From: Clostridia bacterium
Lineage (GTDB): Bacteria > Bacillota > Clostridia > Oscillospirales > UBA644
Length of the DNA stretch: 64,000 bases
Direction: 5' to 3'
NCBI GenBank assembly: GCA_017440085.1
Contig: JAFSHW010000012.1
Coordinates: forward strand, 16,931 to 80,930
Shown here: one piece after another, positions 46,878 through 56,015 of the stretch
Position numbering within the stretch: the stretch's first letter is position 1
Layout: every line of letters begins with the position of its first letter
Notes under the pieces: generated by a model
Databases searched by the model: none
What the model was told of the DNA's origin: nothing
The model's input: the letters and a program-made list of their open reading frames with translations, nothing else
Program-made: the position numbers and the translations under genes

Positions 46878-46901
46878 GCAACTAAAATCAAAATAAGTGT
46901 A

Positions 46902-46931
46902 AAGAACCATCGGAAATTTCCGATGGTTCTT
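46902..46931 (-). terminator. Terminator hairpin after rdgB (copy B of the 30-nt repeat)
   Basis: The sequence is AAGAACCATCGGAAATTTCCGATGGTTCTT, with a perfect 12-bp stem. It lies 4 nt after the rdgB stop and is 29/30 identical to copy A. Confidence 0.55.
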
Positions 46932-46935
46932 CGTT

Positions 46936-47517
46936 TTATTCAAAATCTTTAATTTTTTCCCTGAATGCTTGAAGCGCGTGGGCTCTGTGGCTTATCTGAT
47001 TTTTGATTTCGCCGCTAAGTTCTGCAAAGGTTTTATCGTATTCCTCTACAAGGAAAAGCGGATCGTAGCCGAAGCCGTTGTTGCCTCTACCCTCGTAAAT
47101 CATAACTCCCGGGCATTCACCCTCTGCAGTTATTTCCCTGCCATCGGGGAAAACCATTGCAATAGCACTTTTAAAGCAAGCGCGTCGGTCTGTAATATCA
47201 GCCATATTTTTCAAAAGCAATTCGTTGTTTTTTTCATCAGTAGCACCTTCACCGGAATATCTTGCAGAGTAAACACCGGGGGCTCCGTTGAGGGCATCAA
47301 CGCAAAGTCCACTGTCGTCTGCAATGCAGGGCATTCCTGAAACTTCCATTCCTGCGCGAGCCTTTATCAAAGCGTTTTCCAGAAATGTTGAACCTGTTTC
47401 TTCGGGATCCGATTCAACTCCTGCTTCTGAAAGAGAAATCGGTTCAAAGATATCACCTAAAATCTGTTTTATCTCACGAATTTTATTTTTATTATTTGAT
47501 GCAACTAAAATCCTCAT
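46936..47517 (-). CDS. rdgB: Non-canonical purine NTP pyrophosphatase (RdgB/HAM1 family)
   Basis: The N-terminus is ILVASNNKNKIREI; the motifs DDSGLCVDALNGAPGVYSARY and GFGYDPLF are also present; 193 aa. Confidence 0.9.
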   Translation of the reverse strand: MRILVASNNKNKIREIKQILGDIFEPISLSEAGVESDPEETGSTFLENALIKARAGMEVSGMPCIADDSGLCVDALNGAPGVYSARYSGEGATDEKNNELLLKNMADITDRRACFKSAIAMVFPDGREITAEGECPGVMIYEGRGNNGFGYDPLFLVEEYDKTFAELSGEIKNQISHRAHALQAFREKIKDFE

Positions 47518-47529
47518 AAGTCACACTCC

Positions 47530-48435
47530 TTATTCAATAAGCGCTTTTGCAAAATCTGTAGGGTCAAAGATTTTAAGGTCGTCCATCTGTTCGCCCAAGC
47601 CAACCAATTTAACGGGAACACCCGTAACCTCTTTTACTGCAATGGTTACGCCGCCTTTTGCAGTACTGTCAAGTTTTGTAAGAACTACCCCTGTGATATC
47701 TGTTGCTTCTTTAAAGTTTTTAGCCTGTTCAACGGCATTTTGTCCTGTAGTTGCATCAACCACGAGAAGTGTTTCTCTGTCGCAACCGGGAAGCTCTCTA
47801 TCTGCAACTCTTGCTATTTTTGCAAGTTCGTCCATAAGATTCTTTTTATTGTGAAGACGGCCCGCTGTATCGCAGATAACAACGTCAGCCCCTCTTGCTT
47901 TTGCAGCTTGAACTGCGTCAAAAACGACTGCCGCAGGGTCTGAACCGTCACGGTGCTTAACAATATCAATATCGGAGCGCTGAGCCCAAATTTCAATCTG
48001 CTCAATAGCCGCAGCTCTGAAGGTATCGGCCGCAGCAATTATCACCTTTTTGCCTTCGGTTTTTAACATATTTGCAAGTTTGCCGATAGTAGTCGTTTTG
48101 CCAACGCCGTTTACGCCAACCACTATAATAACGGAAGGTTTCGTATTGATATTAAGCTCGTTTCCGCCTGACATCATTTCCGTAATGATTTCAACCAAAC
48201 GGTTTTTGAGAGCTTCTGCGTCTTCGATTTTTTCAAGCTTTGCCGCTTGACGAAGCTCGTCTATAATTTTTTCCGTAGTTTCAAAGCCAACGTCTGCAAG
48301 AATAAGAATTTCTTCAAGTTCTTCCAAAAATTCCTCGTCAACCTTGCGGAAGTTTGCGAAAAGCCCGTTAAGACTATCGCTTATATTCTGTTTTGTCTTA
48401 GAAAGACTTTCTTTAATTTTACTGAAAAATCCCAT
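47530..48435 (-). CDS. ftsY: Signal recognition particle receptor FtsY
   Basis: It has an SRP GTPase NG domain with GVNGVGKTTTIGKLA, DTAGRL and TKLD motifs; 301 aa. Confidence 0.95.
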   Translation of the reverse strand: MGFFSKIKESLSKTKQNISDSLNGLFANFRKVDEEFLEELEEILILADVGFETTEKIIDELRQAAKLEKIEDAEALKNRLVEIITEMMSGGNELNINTKPSVIIVVGVNGVGKTTTIGKLANMLKTEGKKVIIAAADTFRAAAIEQIEIWAQRSDIDIVKHRDGSDPAAVVFDAVQAAKARGADVVICDTAGRLHNKKNLMDELAKIARVADRELPGCDRETLLVVDATTGQNAVEQAKNFKEATDITGVVLTKLDSTAKGGVTIAVKEVTGVPVKLVGLGEQMDDLKIFDPTDFAKALIE

Positions 48436-48470
48436 TTTTAAAGTCCTTTCCTATTAAATAAGGGTAAAAA

Positions 48471-51400
48471 TTAACCCAACATATTATTTTCTATTTCGCT
48501 TACGTTAATGGTAATAATTCTTGAAACGCCCTTTTCGCGCATAGTTACGCCGTAAAGTCTATCTGCCGCTTCCATTGTGCCTCGTCTGTGAGTAATAACC
48601 AAGAACTGAGTCTTCTTCGTAAGATTACGCAGGTAGTTTGCATATCTGATTACGTTTACGTCGTCAAGAGCAGATTCAATTTCGTCAAGCAAACAAAATG
48701 GAGCAGGACGAATCTTCAAAAGCGCAAAGTAGAGAGCTATTGCAGTAAGGGACTGCTCACCGCCTGATAAAGATGAAAGATGCTTGATGATTTTTCCGGG
48801 AGGAGCAACGAAAATTTCAACGCCTGATTCAAGAACGTTTTCAGGGTCAGTAAGAGTAAGTTTTGCAGAACCACCGTTGAAAAGTTCTTTGAACACTTCT
48901 TCAAACGCTTCGTTTATGGTCTTGAATTTTTCCGAGAAAATCTGCGTCATTTCAGATTCAAGGTCTGTAATTATCTTTTCCAAAGAAGCTTTTGCTGATT
49001 CAAGGTCAGTAAGCTGTGCAGTAAGTTCTTCGTAGCGGTTGCTTACCTCTGCGAATTCCTCAATAGAATCCACATTTACAGCACCCAAGCCTCTGATGGA
49101 GTTTTTCAAAGAAGTAACGGTAGATTTTGCCTCTGCTTTATCTCCCAATTCCAAACCAAGCTCTGAGGCTTCCGATACTGAAAGCTCGTATTCGTCCCAA
49201 ATTTTGGAAACAAGGCTATCCTTTTCATTTTTCAAAGTGCCGCATTTAATTGAAGTTCGCTCAAGCTCTCTGCCCAATTTATCTTTCTGCTCAAAAACGT
49301 TTCTTTCGCTTTCATAAAGTTTGGTTTTCTTTGCTTCCGATTCTTCGCGGGCAATATTTTTCTTAGCGATAAGCTGAGTTCTGCCCTCGTTTTGTGTTTC
49401 AAGCTCTTTGATTTCCGTTTCAGCTTCTGCGGTGCGTTTTGCATAGGATTCAATTTTAAGCAAAATTTCATCAATCTGATGCTGAGAATCACTTCCTGCC
49501 TCTTCAGATTCGCGAATATTTCTTCTGAGAGCTTCAACCTCATTCAAAACGGCTTCTCTGTTTTTAATAAGCTCTGTTTTAATAATTTCAATATGATGGA
49601 GCTTTTCAATAATTTGCTCACGCTCTGCAGAAAGCGCTGCGGAAAGTTTTGAAACCTCTTCGCTTTCATCTTCAGCAATTTTCGCTTTTTCTTTAAGGGA
49701 AACAAGGTCTGAACCAACAGCTTTAAGAGCTTCGTCAAGCATTTTCTGCTTTTCATCTTCTGCAATTACTGAATTTTTCAAAGCTTCCATTTGAGCAGTA
49801 ACGTTGAAAATATAATTATCTCCGTTTTTCAGTTCTGCTTCTTTTTTAATATATTCTTCGTCAGCCACTTTAATTTCAGCATTCAAGCCCTCAAGAGAAG
49901 AGCTAACGGCTCGCAAATCGTTTGCGGCAACCTTTGCGGCTTCAGACGCAGCAGCCAACTTTTCTTCAATTACTTTAATTTCCGAGGAAAGAGCTTCAAC
50001 CTCGTTGGAACGGCTGAGGATACCAATACCCTTGCTTACAGAACCACCGGTAAGTGAACCACCGGGATTTACCACCTGACCATCAAGAGTAACGATTCTG
50101 AAGGAATACTTATTGCGGCGAGCCATCTGGGTTGCATTGTCAATAGTATCCGCTATTACGATTCGACCCAAAAGCTGCTGAATTATGCCGTTAAATTTAG
50201 GGTCGTATTCGAGCAAATCGGAAGCAATTCCAATGTATCCTGCACAAGTTGACGCCCCGTTGTTTTGGAGCTTAGAGCCTGAAACAGTATCAACGGGAAG
50301 AAACGTTGCTCTGCCGTAATTTCTTGACTTCAAATAATAAATGCAATCTTTTGCACTTTTTTCGTTTTCGGTAATAATATTCTGAATTGCGGAACCGAGG
50401 GCAGTTTCGATAGCAACTGCATATTGGTCGTCAGTTTTAATAACGGACGCAACCGTACCGATAACGCCTTTAAGAACGCCCTTATTAGCCTCGTTCATTA
50501 CGTTTCTTACGCTTCCGTTAAAGCCCTCGTAATGTTTTGCAAGGTCTTCAAGCATACGTTTTCTTGAGGTTTTCTCATCAAAAAGTCGCTTCAACTCGTT
50601 ATATTTTTCTGCAGTTTTTTCCGCTTGATTTCGCTTACTGCTGATTTTAAGAACGTAGCCTTCGTAAATATTTTTGCGGTTAATGCGCTCTTCATTTAAT
50701 TTATTAAGCTCTTCAAGGTACTGATTTCTGGCAGAATTAAGTGTTTGCAAACGGCTTTCGCCGTCGGAAATCTCTTCTTCTAACGTAATTTTGCGGTCTT
50801 CGGAAGCGGAGAGCTGTTCTTTAAGTCTTCCCTGCTCGATTTGAAGCTCCGTCAGCTTTGCCATAACGGAAGCAAGCTCGTCTCTAATTTCCCTTGCTTT
50901 TTCGGCAGAAGCCTCTTCTTGCTTCATTCGTACCTGAGACTCTGCAATTACAGAAGCTTGCTTTTTTTCGTTTTCAGTAATATCTGCCGTAAGTTTTTCC
51001 GTTTCGGAAATTTTTTCAGCAAGAAGTTTTTCCGTTTCAGCTCGGTGACCTGAAAGTAGTTTCTGCTGCTCTTCGATTCTTTCTATATCTTTTTTTGCGT
51101 GCTCCGTATCATTGCCCAAAATAAGAATCTCTGAATTCAATTCTCGGATTTTATCGTGAACGATTGCGTTTTCATTTCGGATTTCTTCTATTTCAACGGT
51201 AATTTGCCTTATATTTTCAGTTTCACGTTCAATTCTTTCTTCACAATCACGAAGCTCATTTTCGCATTTTTCAACACTTCTGTTAAGGGAAGCCAATGTT
51301 TCCTCCGCTTTTACAGATTCAGCTTCCGTAACTTTAATATCGTCAAGCCAAAGGGCAATTTCAAGGTCCTTTTTCTTTGCGTAAAGTTCCAGATATTTGC

Positions 51401-52037
51401 GTGCCTTTTTCGCTTGAGTTTCCAAAGGACCCAAGCGGCTTTCGATTTCTGCTTTAATATCGTTAAGTCTGATAAGATTTTCAGTGGTAAGCTTCAGCTT
51501 TCTTTCGCTTTCTTCTTTTTTGTATCTGAATTTAGAAATACCGGAAGCTTCTTCAAAAAGGTAACGTCTATCAGTACTTTTAGCGTTAATAATTTCAGTA
51601 GCGGAGCCCTGACCGATAATAGAATAGCCCGATTTGCCCAGTCCGGTGTCTCTGAGAAGCTCGTGAACGTCACGCATTCTTACTTGGCTTTTATTTATGT
51701 AATATTCACTTTCTCCGGATCTGTAATACCTTCTGGAAATTGCCACTTCGTCGAAATCTATATCCAGCTGCTTATCGGAATTATCCAAAGTCAAAGTAAC
51801 TTCTGCAAAACCCAAGGCCTTTCTGGATTGAGTACCGTCAAAAATAACGTCTTCCATCTTCGTGCCTCTGAGGCTTTTGGTGGAAGTTTCGCCCATTACC
51901 CAGCGAATAGCATCGGAAATATTACTTTTACCGCTTCCGTTAGGACCGATTATGGCAGTAATACCTTCACTGAAATTTATCAACGTCTTTTCGGGAAATG
52001 ATTTGAACCCCGTAAGTTCAAGACTTTTTAGCTGCAA
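48471..52037 (-). CDS. smc: Chromosome segregation protein SMC
   Basis: It is 1188 aa with Walker A GPNGSGKSNISDA, long coiled coils and a hinge. The signature LSGGEQSLTAIA and Walker B LLDEIESALD are also present. Confidence 0.95.
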   Translation of the reverse strand: MQLKSLELTGFKSFPEKTLINFSEGITAIIGPNGSGKSNISDAIRWVMGETSTKSLRGTKMEDVIFDGTQSRKALGFAEVTLTLDNSDKQLDIDFDEVAISRRYYRSGESEYYINKSQVRMRDVHELLRDTGLGKSGYSIIGQGSATEIINAKSTDRRYLFEEASGISKFRYKKEESERKLKLTTENLIRLNDIKAEIESRLGPLETQAKKARKYLELYAKKKDLEIALWLDDIKVTEAESVKAEETLASLNRSVEKCENELRDCEERIERETENIRQITVEIEEIRNENAIVHDKIRELNSEILILGNDTEHAKKDIERIEEQQKLLSGHRAETEKLLAEKISETEKLTADITENEKKQASVIAESQVRMKQEEASAEKAREIRDELASVMAKLTELQIEQGRLKEQLSASEDRKITLEEEISDGESRLQTLNSARNQYLEELNKLNEERINRKNIYEGYVLKISSKRNQAEKTAEKYNELKRLFDEKTSRKRMLEDLAKHYEGFNGSVRNVMNEANKGVLKGVIGTVASVIKTDDQYAVAIETALGSAIQNIITENEKSAKDCIYYLKSRNYGRATFLPVDTVSGSKLQNNGASTCAGYIGIASDLLEYDPKFNGIIQQLLGRIVIADTIDNATQMARRNKYSFRIVTLDGQVVNPGGSLTGGSVSKGIGILSRSNEVEALSSEIKVIEEKLAAASEAAKVAANDLRAVSSSLEGLNAEIKVADEEYIKKEAELKNGDNYIFNVTAQMEALKNSVIAEDEKQKMLDEALKAVGSDLVSLKEKAKIAEDESEEVSKLSAALSAEREQIIEKLHHIEIIKTELIKNREAVLNEVEALRRNIRESEEAGSDSQHQIDEILLKIESYAKRTAEAETEIKELETQNEGRTQLIAKKNIAREESEAKKTKLYESERNVFEQKDKLGRELERTSIKCGTLKNEKDSLVSKIWDEYELSVSEASELGLELGDKAEAKSTVTSLKNSIRGLGAVNVDSIEEFAEVSNRYEELTAQLTDLESAKASLEKIITDLESEMTQIFSEKFKTINEAFEEVFKELFNGGSAKLTLTDPENVLESGVEIFVAPPGKIIKHLSSLSGGEQSLTAIALYFALLKIRPAPFCLLDEIESALDDVNVIRYANYLRNLTKKTQFLVITHRRGTMEAADRLYGVTMREKGVSRIITINVSEIENNMLG

Positions 52038-52177
52038 TCGGCTTCCTCCGTTCTCATAATAGCATAATAAGGTACAATTACATTATATTTTACCATATTT
52101 TTATCCACAATGCAAGGAATAAAAACGAACATTTCGTCACTTTAAATGAAAGTCACTTTTTTTTCGTTGTTGTACTA

Positions 52178-52206
52178 TTGCTTTTTCAATAATTTTGTGA
52201 TATAAT
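52178..52206 (+). promoter_or_regulatory. Sigma-A-type promoter candidate for the transketolase genes
   Basis: TTGCTT, a 17-nt spacer (ending TGa), then TATAAT. Confidence 0.5.
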
Positions 52207-52295
52207 GTACCTGTATGTGAAAAAGTAAACATAAAGTGACGGTTTTTTTATAAAAAACACAGCACCAACAGTATTGAAAGGATTGATAAGCTGAA

Positions 52296-53105
52296 ATGGA
52301 AACAAAAGTATTCGCAAAAGAAATGCGTAAATTGATTCTTGAAGCTATTTACAACTCAAAAAGCGGACATCCCGGTGGCTCGCTTTCTTGCACGGACATT
52401 CTCGCAGTTCTCTACAATGAAGAGATGAGAAGAGACGTAAACGACCCGAAAAATCAGGATAGAGACAGATTCGTTCTTTCCAAGGGTCACGCTTGCCCCG
52501 CTATGTATTCTGCTCTCGCACTTAAGGGCTATTTCCCTGTTGAAGACATCAAAACCTTCAGAAAAATCGACAGCTACCTTGAAGGTCACCCTGATATGAA
52601 ACATATCCCCGGTGTTGATATGACTACCGGTTCTTTGGGCCAGGGTGTTTCTGCTGCTTGCGGTATGGCTATTTCCGCTAAAAAACAAAACAAAGACTTT
52701 AGAGTTTACACCATTCTCGGTGACGGCGAAATCGAAGAAGGTCAGTGCTGGGAAGCATTTATGTTCGCAGCTCACTATAAACTCAGCAATCTTTGCGTAT
52801 TTATTGACTCCAACGGTCTCCAGATTGACGGTGACGTAAATGAAGTTATGTCTTCTGCACCTCTTGCAGATAAAATGAAGGCTTTCGGATTCAACACTCT
52901 TGAAATCGACGGTCACGACCTTGATGCAATCAGAGGCGCTCTTAAAGCAGCTAAAGAATGCACAGACAAGCCCACGGCAGTTATTGCTAAAACAGTTAAA
53001 GGCAAAGGCGTTTCCTTTATGGAAAACCAGGCTGGCTGGCACGGCGTAGCTCCCAACAAAGAACAGTATGAACAAGCAATCCAGGAGGTTGAAGCAAATG
53101 GCTGA
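52296..53105 (+). CDS. tkt: Transketolase, N-terminal (TPP-binding) subunit
   Basis: The motifs GHPGGSLS and ILGDGEIEEGQCWEA are present. At 269 aa it is the N-terminal half of a split transketolase. Confidence 0.9.
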   Translation: METKVFAKEMRKLILEAIYNSKSGHPGGSLSCTDILAVLYNEEMRRDVNDPKNQDRDRFVLSKGHACPAMYSALALKGYFPVEDIKTFRKIDSYLEGHPDMKHIPGVDMTTGSLGQGVSAACGMAISAKKQNKDFRVYTILGDGEIEEGQCWEAFMFAAHYKLSNLCVFIDSNGLQIDGDVNEVMSSAPLADKMKAFGFNTLEIDGHDLDAIRGALKAAKECTDKPTAVIAKTVKGKGVSFMENQAGWHGVAPNKEQYEQAIQEVEANG

Positions 53106-54075
53106 GATGAAAGCTCAAAGAGACGCATACGGTGAAGTTCTTATTGAACTCGGTAAAAAATACGATAATCTTTTCGTACTTGATGCGGACTTAACTAAAT
53201 CCACAAAAACTGCAGATTTCAAAAAAGCTTTCCCTGAAAGACATATCAACTGCGGTATTGCTGAAGGAAATATGATGACTGTTGCTGCAGGTATTGCCTC
53301 CTGCGGAAATATAGCTTTCGCTTCCACATTCGCAATGTTTGCTGCAGGCAGAGCTTACGAACAGATCAGAAACAGTATTGCATATCCCCACAACAACGTT
53401 AAGGTAGTTGCAACACATGCAGGTCTTACAGTAGGTGAAGACGGTGCTACTCACCAGTGCCTTGAAGATATTGCTCTTATGAGAGCAGTTCCCGGTATGG
53501 TAGTTCTCGCCCCCTCCGACGCAGTTCAGACTAAAGAAGCTTGCCGCTTTGCAGCTGAATACGACGGTCCCGTTTACATTCGTGTTGGCAGACTTCCCAT
53601 CCCCGTTGTTTATACAGAAGGCGAATATAAATTTGAACTCGGTAAGAGCGAAAGACTTGCTGACGGTAAGGACGTAACTCTTATGTTCTGCGGTCCCTTC
53701 TACCAGTTGGCAATGGACGTTAAGGCTATTCTTGAAAAGAATGGCTTGACTGCAAGAATCGTTGATATGCCCTCTATTAAGCCTATCGACACAGTTGCAA
53801 TCAAAGACGCTATCACAGATACAGGTCTTATCGTTACTATTGAAGACCACAACGTATTCGGTGGCCTCGGTAGCGCAGTAAGCGACGCTCTCGCTGAACT
53901 TGACGTTTGCAGACACAACGGCAAAGAAATCATCAAAATCGGTGCACAGGATAAATTTGGTACATCCGGCACACCTGCAGAAATCCTTAAAGCTTACGGA
54001 TTTGACGCAGTAGAAATCGCAAAACAGATTATTGCAACAAAGTGCCCTGAATTTGCAGGCGAAATTCAGCTTTAA
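53098..54075 (+). CDS. tkt: Transketolase, C-terminal (pyrimidine-binding) subunit
   Basis: The start is set at ATG 53098 (AGGAGG lies 10 nt upstream). It overlaps the upstream stop in the sequence ATGGCTGA. The protein begins MAEMKAQRDAYGEVL, and the FAMFAAGRAYEQIRNS region is typical of the family. Confidence 0.9.
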   Translation: MAEMKAQRDAYGEVLIELGKKYDNLFVLDADLTKSTKTADFKKAFPERHINCGIAEGNMMTVAAGIASCGNIAFASTFAMFAAGRAYEQIRNSIAYPHNNVKVVATHAGLTVGEDGATHQCLEDIALMRAVPGMVVLAPSDAVQTKEACRFAAEYDGPVYIRVGRLPIPVVYTEGEYKFELGKSERLADGKDVTLMFCGPFYQLAMDVKAILEKNGLTARIVDMPSIKPIDTVAIKDAITDTGLIVTIEDHNVFGGLGSAVSDALAELDVCRHNGKEIIKIGAQDKFGTSGTPAEILKAYGFDAVEIAKQIIATKCPEFAGEIQL

Positions 54076-54101
54076 CAAACTGAATCAAACATAAAAAATC
54101 C

Positions 54102-54140
54102 GACCTTTCCCTTTTGATTAAGGGGAAAGGTCTTCTTCTT
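54102..54140 (+). terminator. Intrinsic terminator after the transketolase genes
   Basis: A 10-bp stem pairs GACCTTTCCC with GGGAAAGGTC, followed by TTCTTCTTGTT. Confidence 0.6.
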
Positions 54141-54186
54141 GTTGAAAAAGCACCGAATAAAGTTCCGCAAAACGGCACAAATTTCG

Positions 54187-54214
54187 TGGAACTTTTCCCG
54201 ATAAAACTCGTCTA
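54187..54214 (+). promoter_or_regulatory. ECF-sigma-type promoter candidate (TGGAAC-N16-CGTCTA)
   Basis: The -35 TGGAAC is at 54187-54192, the spacer is 16 nt, and the -10 CGTCTA is at 54209-54214. The site is 200 nt upstream of the Big_2-sortase-like gene. Confidence 0.45.
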
Positions 54215-54281
54215 AATGTCGAACAGAATCCATTCGAGGCTAGTTTCACGATATTGTTGGAAAATTACCGCATTTAAAGGC

Positions 54282-54310
54282 TTGATTTTTCAGCGATTTT
54301 ATGGTAAAAT
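54282..54310 (+). promoter_or_regulatory. Sigma-A-type promoter candidate
   Basis: TTGATT, a 17-nt spacer (ending TGg), then TAAAAT, about 105 nt upstream of ATG 54415. Confidence 0.45.
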
Positions 54311-54414
54311 TACGAGTGGTTTAATGATTTTGAACAGAAGACACGGTTTGTATCAAAAATATAAGACAAAACCGTGAATATTCATCTGAAATCCAAATTA
54401 CGGAGGCTATACCA

Positions 54415-55995
54415 ATGCAAAAATATTCAAAACGTGTAAGATTTATGGCTTTAATTCTTTGCCTTATAATGGCTTTAGGTTGCTTTACCGCTTGCGGAGA
54501 TAACGAGCCTGTGGAAGTAAGAGTTAAATCCATTACCCTCAACTTGAAGGAATACACGTTCACAAATTATGAAACAAGGGTTAAGCTTGAAGCATTTGCT
54601 TTACCTTCAGACGCAGTTAACGCTAACAATCTCGTTTGGGAAAGCGCTAACGTAAGCGTTGCAACAATTAATTCAGAAAATGAAGTTATACCTATGTCAA
54701 ACGGTAAAACGGTTATTACCGTTACCACCGAAGACGGTTCAGTTAAAGCTTTCTGTAATATCACGGTTGACGTTGAAGAAATCGTAGAAGTTCCTACGGT
54801 TCCCGTTGAAAGCGTAGTTCTCAGCTCTGAATCCTACACATTTGAAGAAATTGGAGCAACGGTAAGAATAGGCGAAGATATTATTCCATTCTCCGCTACC
54901 GACAAAGCTGTAACTTGGTCTTCTTCAGACGAATCAGTTGCAACCGTTGACCCTGTTACAGGTACTATCACAGCGGTTAAAAAAGGCACTGCAATTATTA
55001 CCGTAACCACAAACGACGGTGGATTTACAGACACCTGCGAAATTACTGTTAAACCTAAGCAGCAAACATCAGGTAACGAAGGTTCCGGAAATCAAGGAAG
55101 CCAGGGAAGTCAAGGCAACCAGAGTACTCAGGGCAACACGGGAACTTCCACAACGAAATTCAACACAAAAAACATTCCCGCGCCCAAGCTTGACGCGGCA
55201 GGATTCCTTGTAAGCGATAACCTTGAATATTTCAATAAATACAATAAAGACTGCGTTGCTTGGCTCTATATTCCAAACACAAAAGGTTCTGACGGTATGG
55301 GAGAAATCAACTTCCCCACAGCTCAGGGAACGGACAATGAGTTCTATTTGGGCGTAGACCTTGACAAGACCTGGAAAGACGAAGGCTCAGTAGTTCTTGA
55401 CTGCAGAAACACCTCAATCAGAGAAACAGGCGAAATTTCAGATAAGAATACCATTTTCTACGGTCACGCAAAAGGCAAAACCACCTTTGACAGACTTGAA
55501 TTTGCAACAAGAGACGCAGATTGGTTTGCAAAAGAAAGCAACAGATACGTATACCTCAACACACTTGAATACGAAACCGTTTGGAAAGTTTTCGCTTGCT
55601 ACTACACAGACTCCTCTCAGCATTATTACCTTAACACAAACTGGATGCTCGATACTGACACAATCAACGCTAAGCTTGCAGCACTCTCTTCAGCAGAAAA
55701 ATTGGAGCTTGTGCTTGACGAACAGAAAATGCACGATTTCTCCATCGATAAGGCATCTTTCGTTGAATTTGCAAACAACTGGCGTTCAAGAATCAGCGCA
55801 CCAGAAAACGACCACGAATACGAAACTACTTACAAACCCTATGCTTCCATCCTCAGAAACAGAGATTATGGCGTAACAGTTGGTCCTGACGACCAGATAC
55901 TTACACTTTCAACTTGTTCTTCTCACATTGGTGATATGAGATACGTTGTACACGCAGTGCTTGTACAATCCAGACCCCGAACAGACAGAGACTAA
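54415..55995 (+). CDS. Lipoprotein-type protein with two Big_2-like Ig domains, a G/S/Q/N linker and a C-terminal class-B-sortase-like domain
   Basis: The signal peptide carries a Cys lipobox candidate (LGCFTAC). There are two repeats of about 90 aa ending in (T)VTT(E/N)DG...C.ITV. The sortase-B-like motifs are DCVAWLYIPNT, IFYGHAKG, ILTLSTC and RYVVHAVL. Confidence 0.75.
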   Translation: MQKYSKRVRFMALILCLIMALGCFTACGDNEPVEVRVKSITLNLKEYTFTNYETRVKLEAFALPSDAVNANNLVWESANVSVATINSENEVIPMSNGKTVITVTTEDGSVKAFCNITVDVEEIVEVPTVPVESVVLSSESYTFEEIGATVRIGEDIIPFSATDKAVTWSSSDESVATVDPVTGTITAVKKGTAIITVTTNDGGFTDTCEITVKPKQQTSGNEGSGNQGSQGSQGNQSTQGNTGTSTTKFNTKNIPAPKLDAAGFLVSDNLEYFNKYNKDCVAWLYIPNTKGSDGMGEINFPTAQGTDNEFYLGVDLDKTWKDEGSVVLDCRNTSIRETGEISDKNTIFYGHAKGKTTFDRLEFATRDADWFAKESNRYVYLNTLEYETVWKVFACYYTDSSQHYYLNTNWMLDTDTINAKLAALSSAEKLELVLDEQKMHDFSIDKASFVEFANNWRSRISAPENDHEYETTYKPYASILRNRDYGVTVGPDDQILTLSTCSSHIGDMRYVVHAVLVQSRPRTDRD

Positions 55996-56015
55996 TCTAA
56001 GAACGGAGTGAAACA

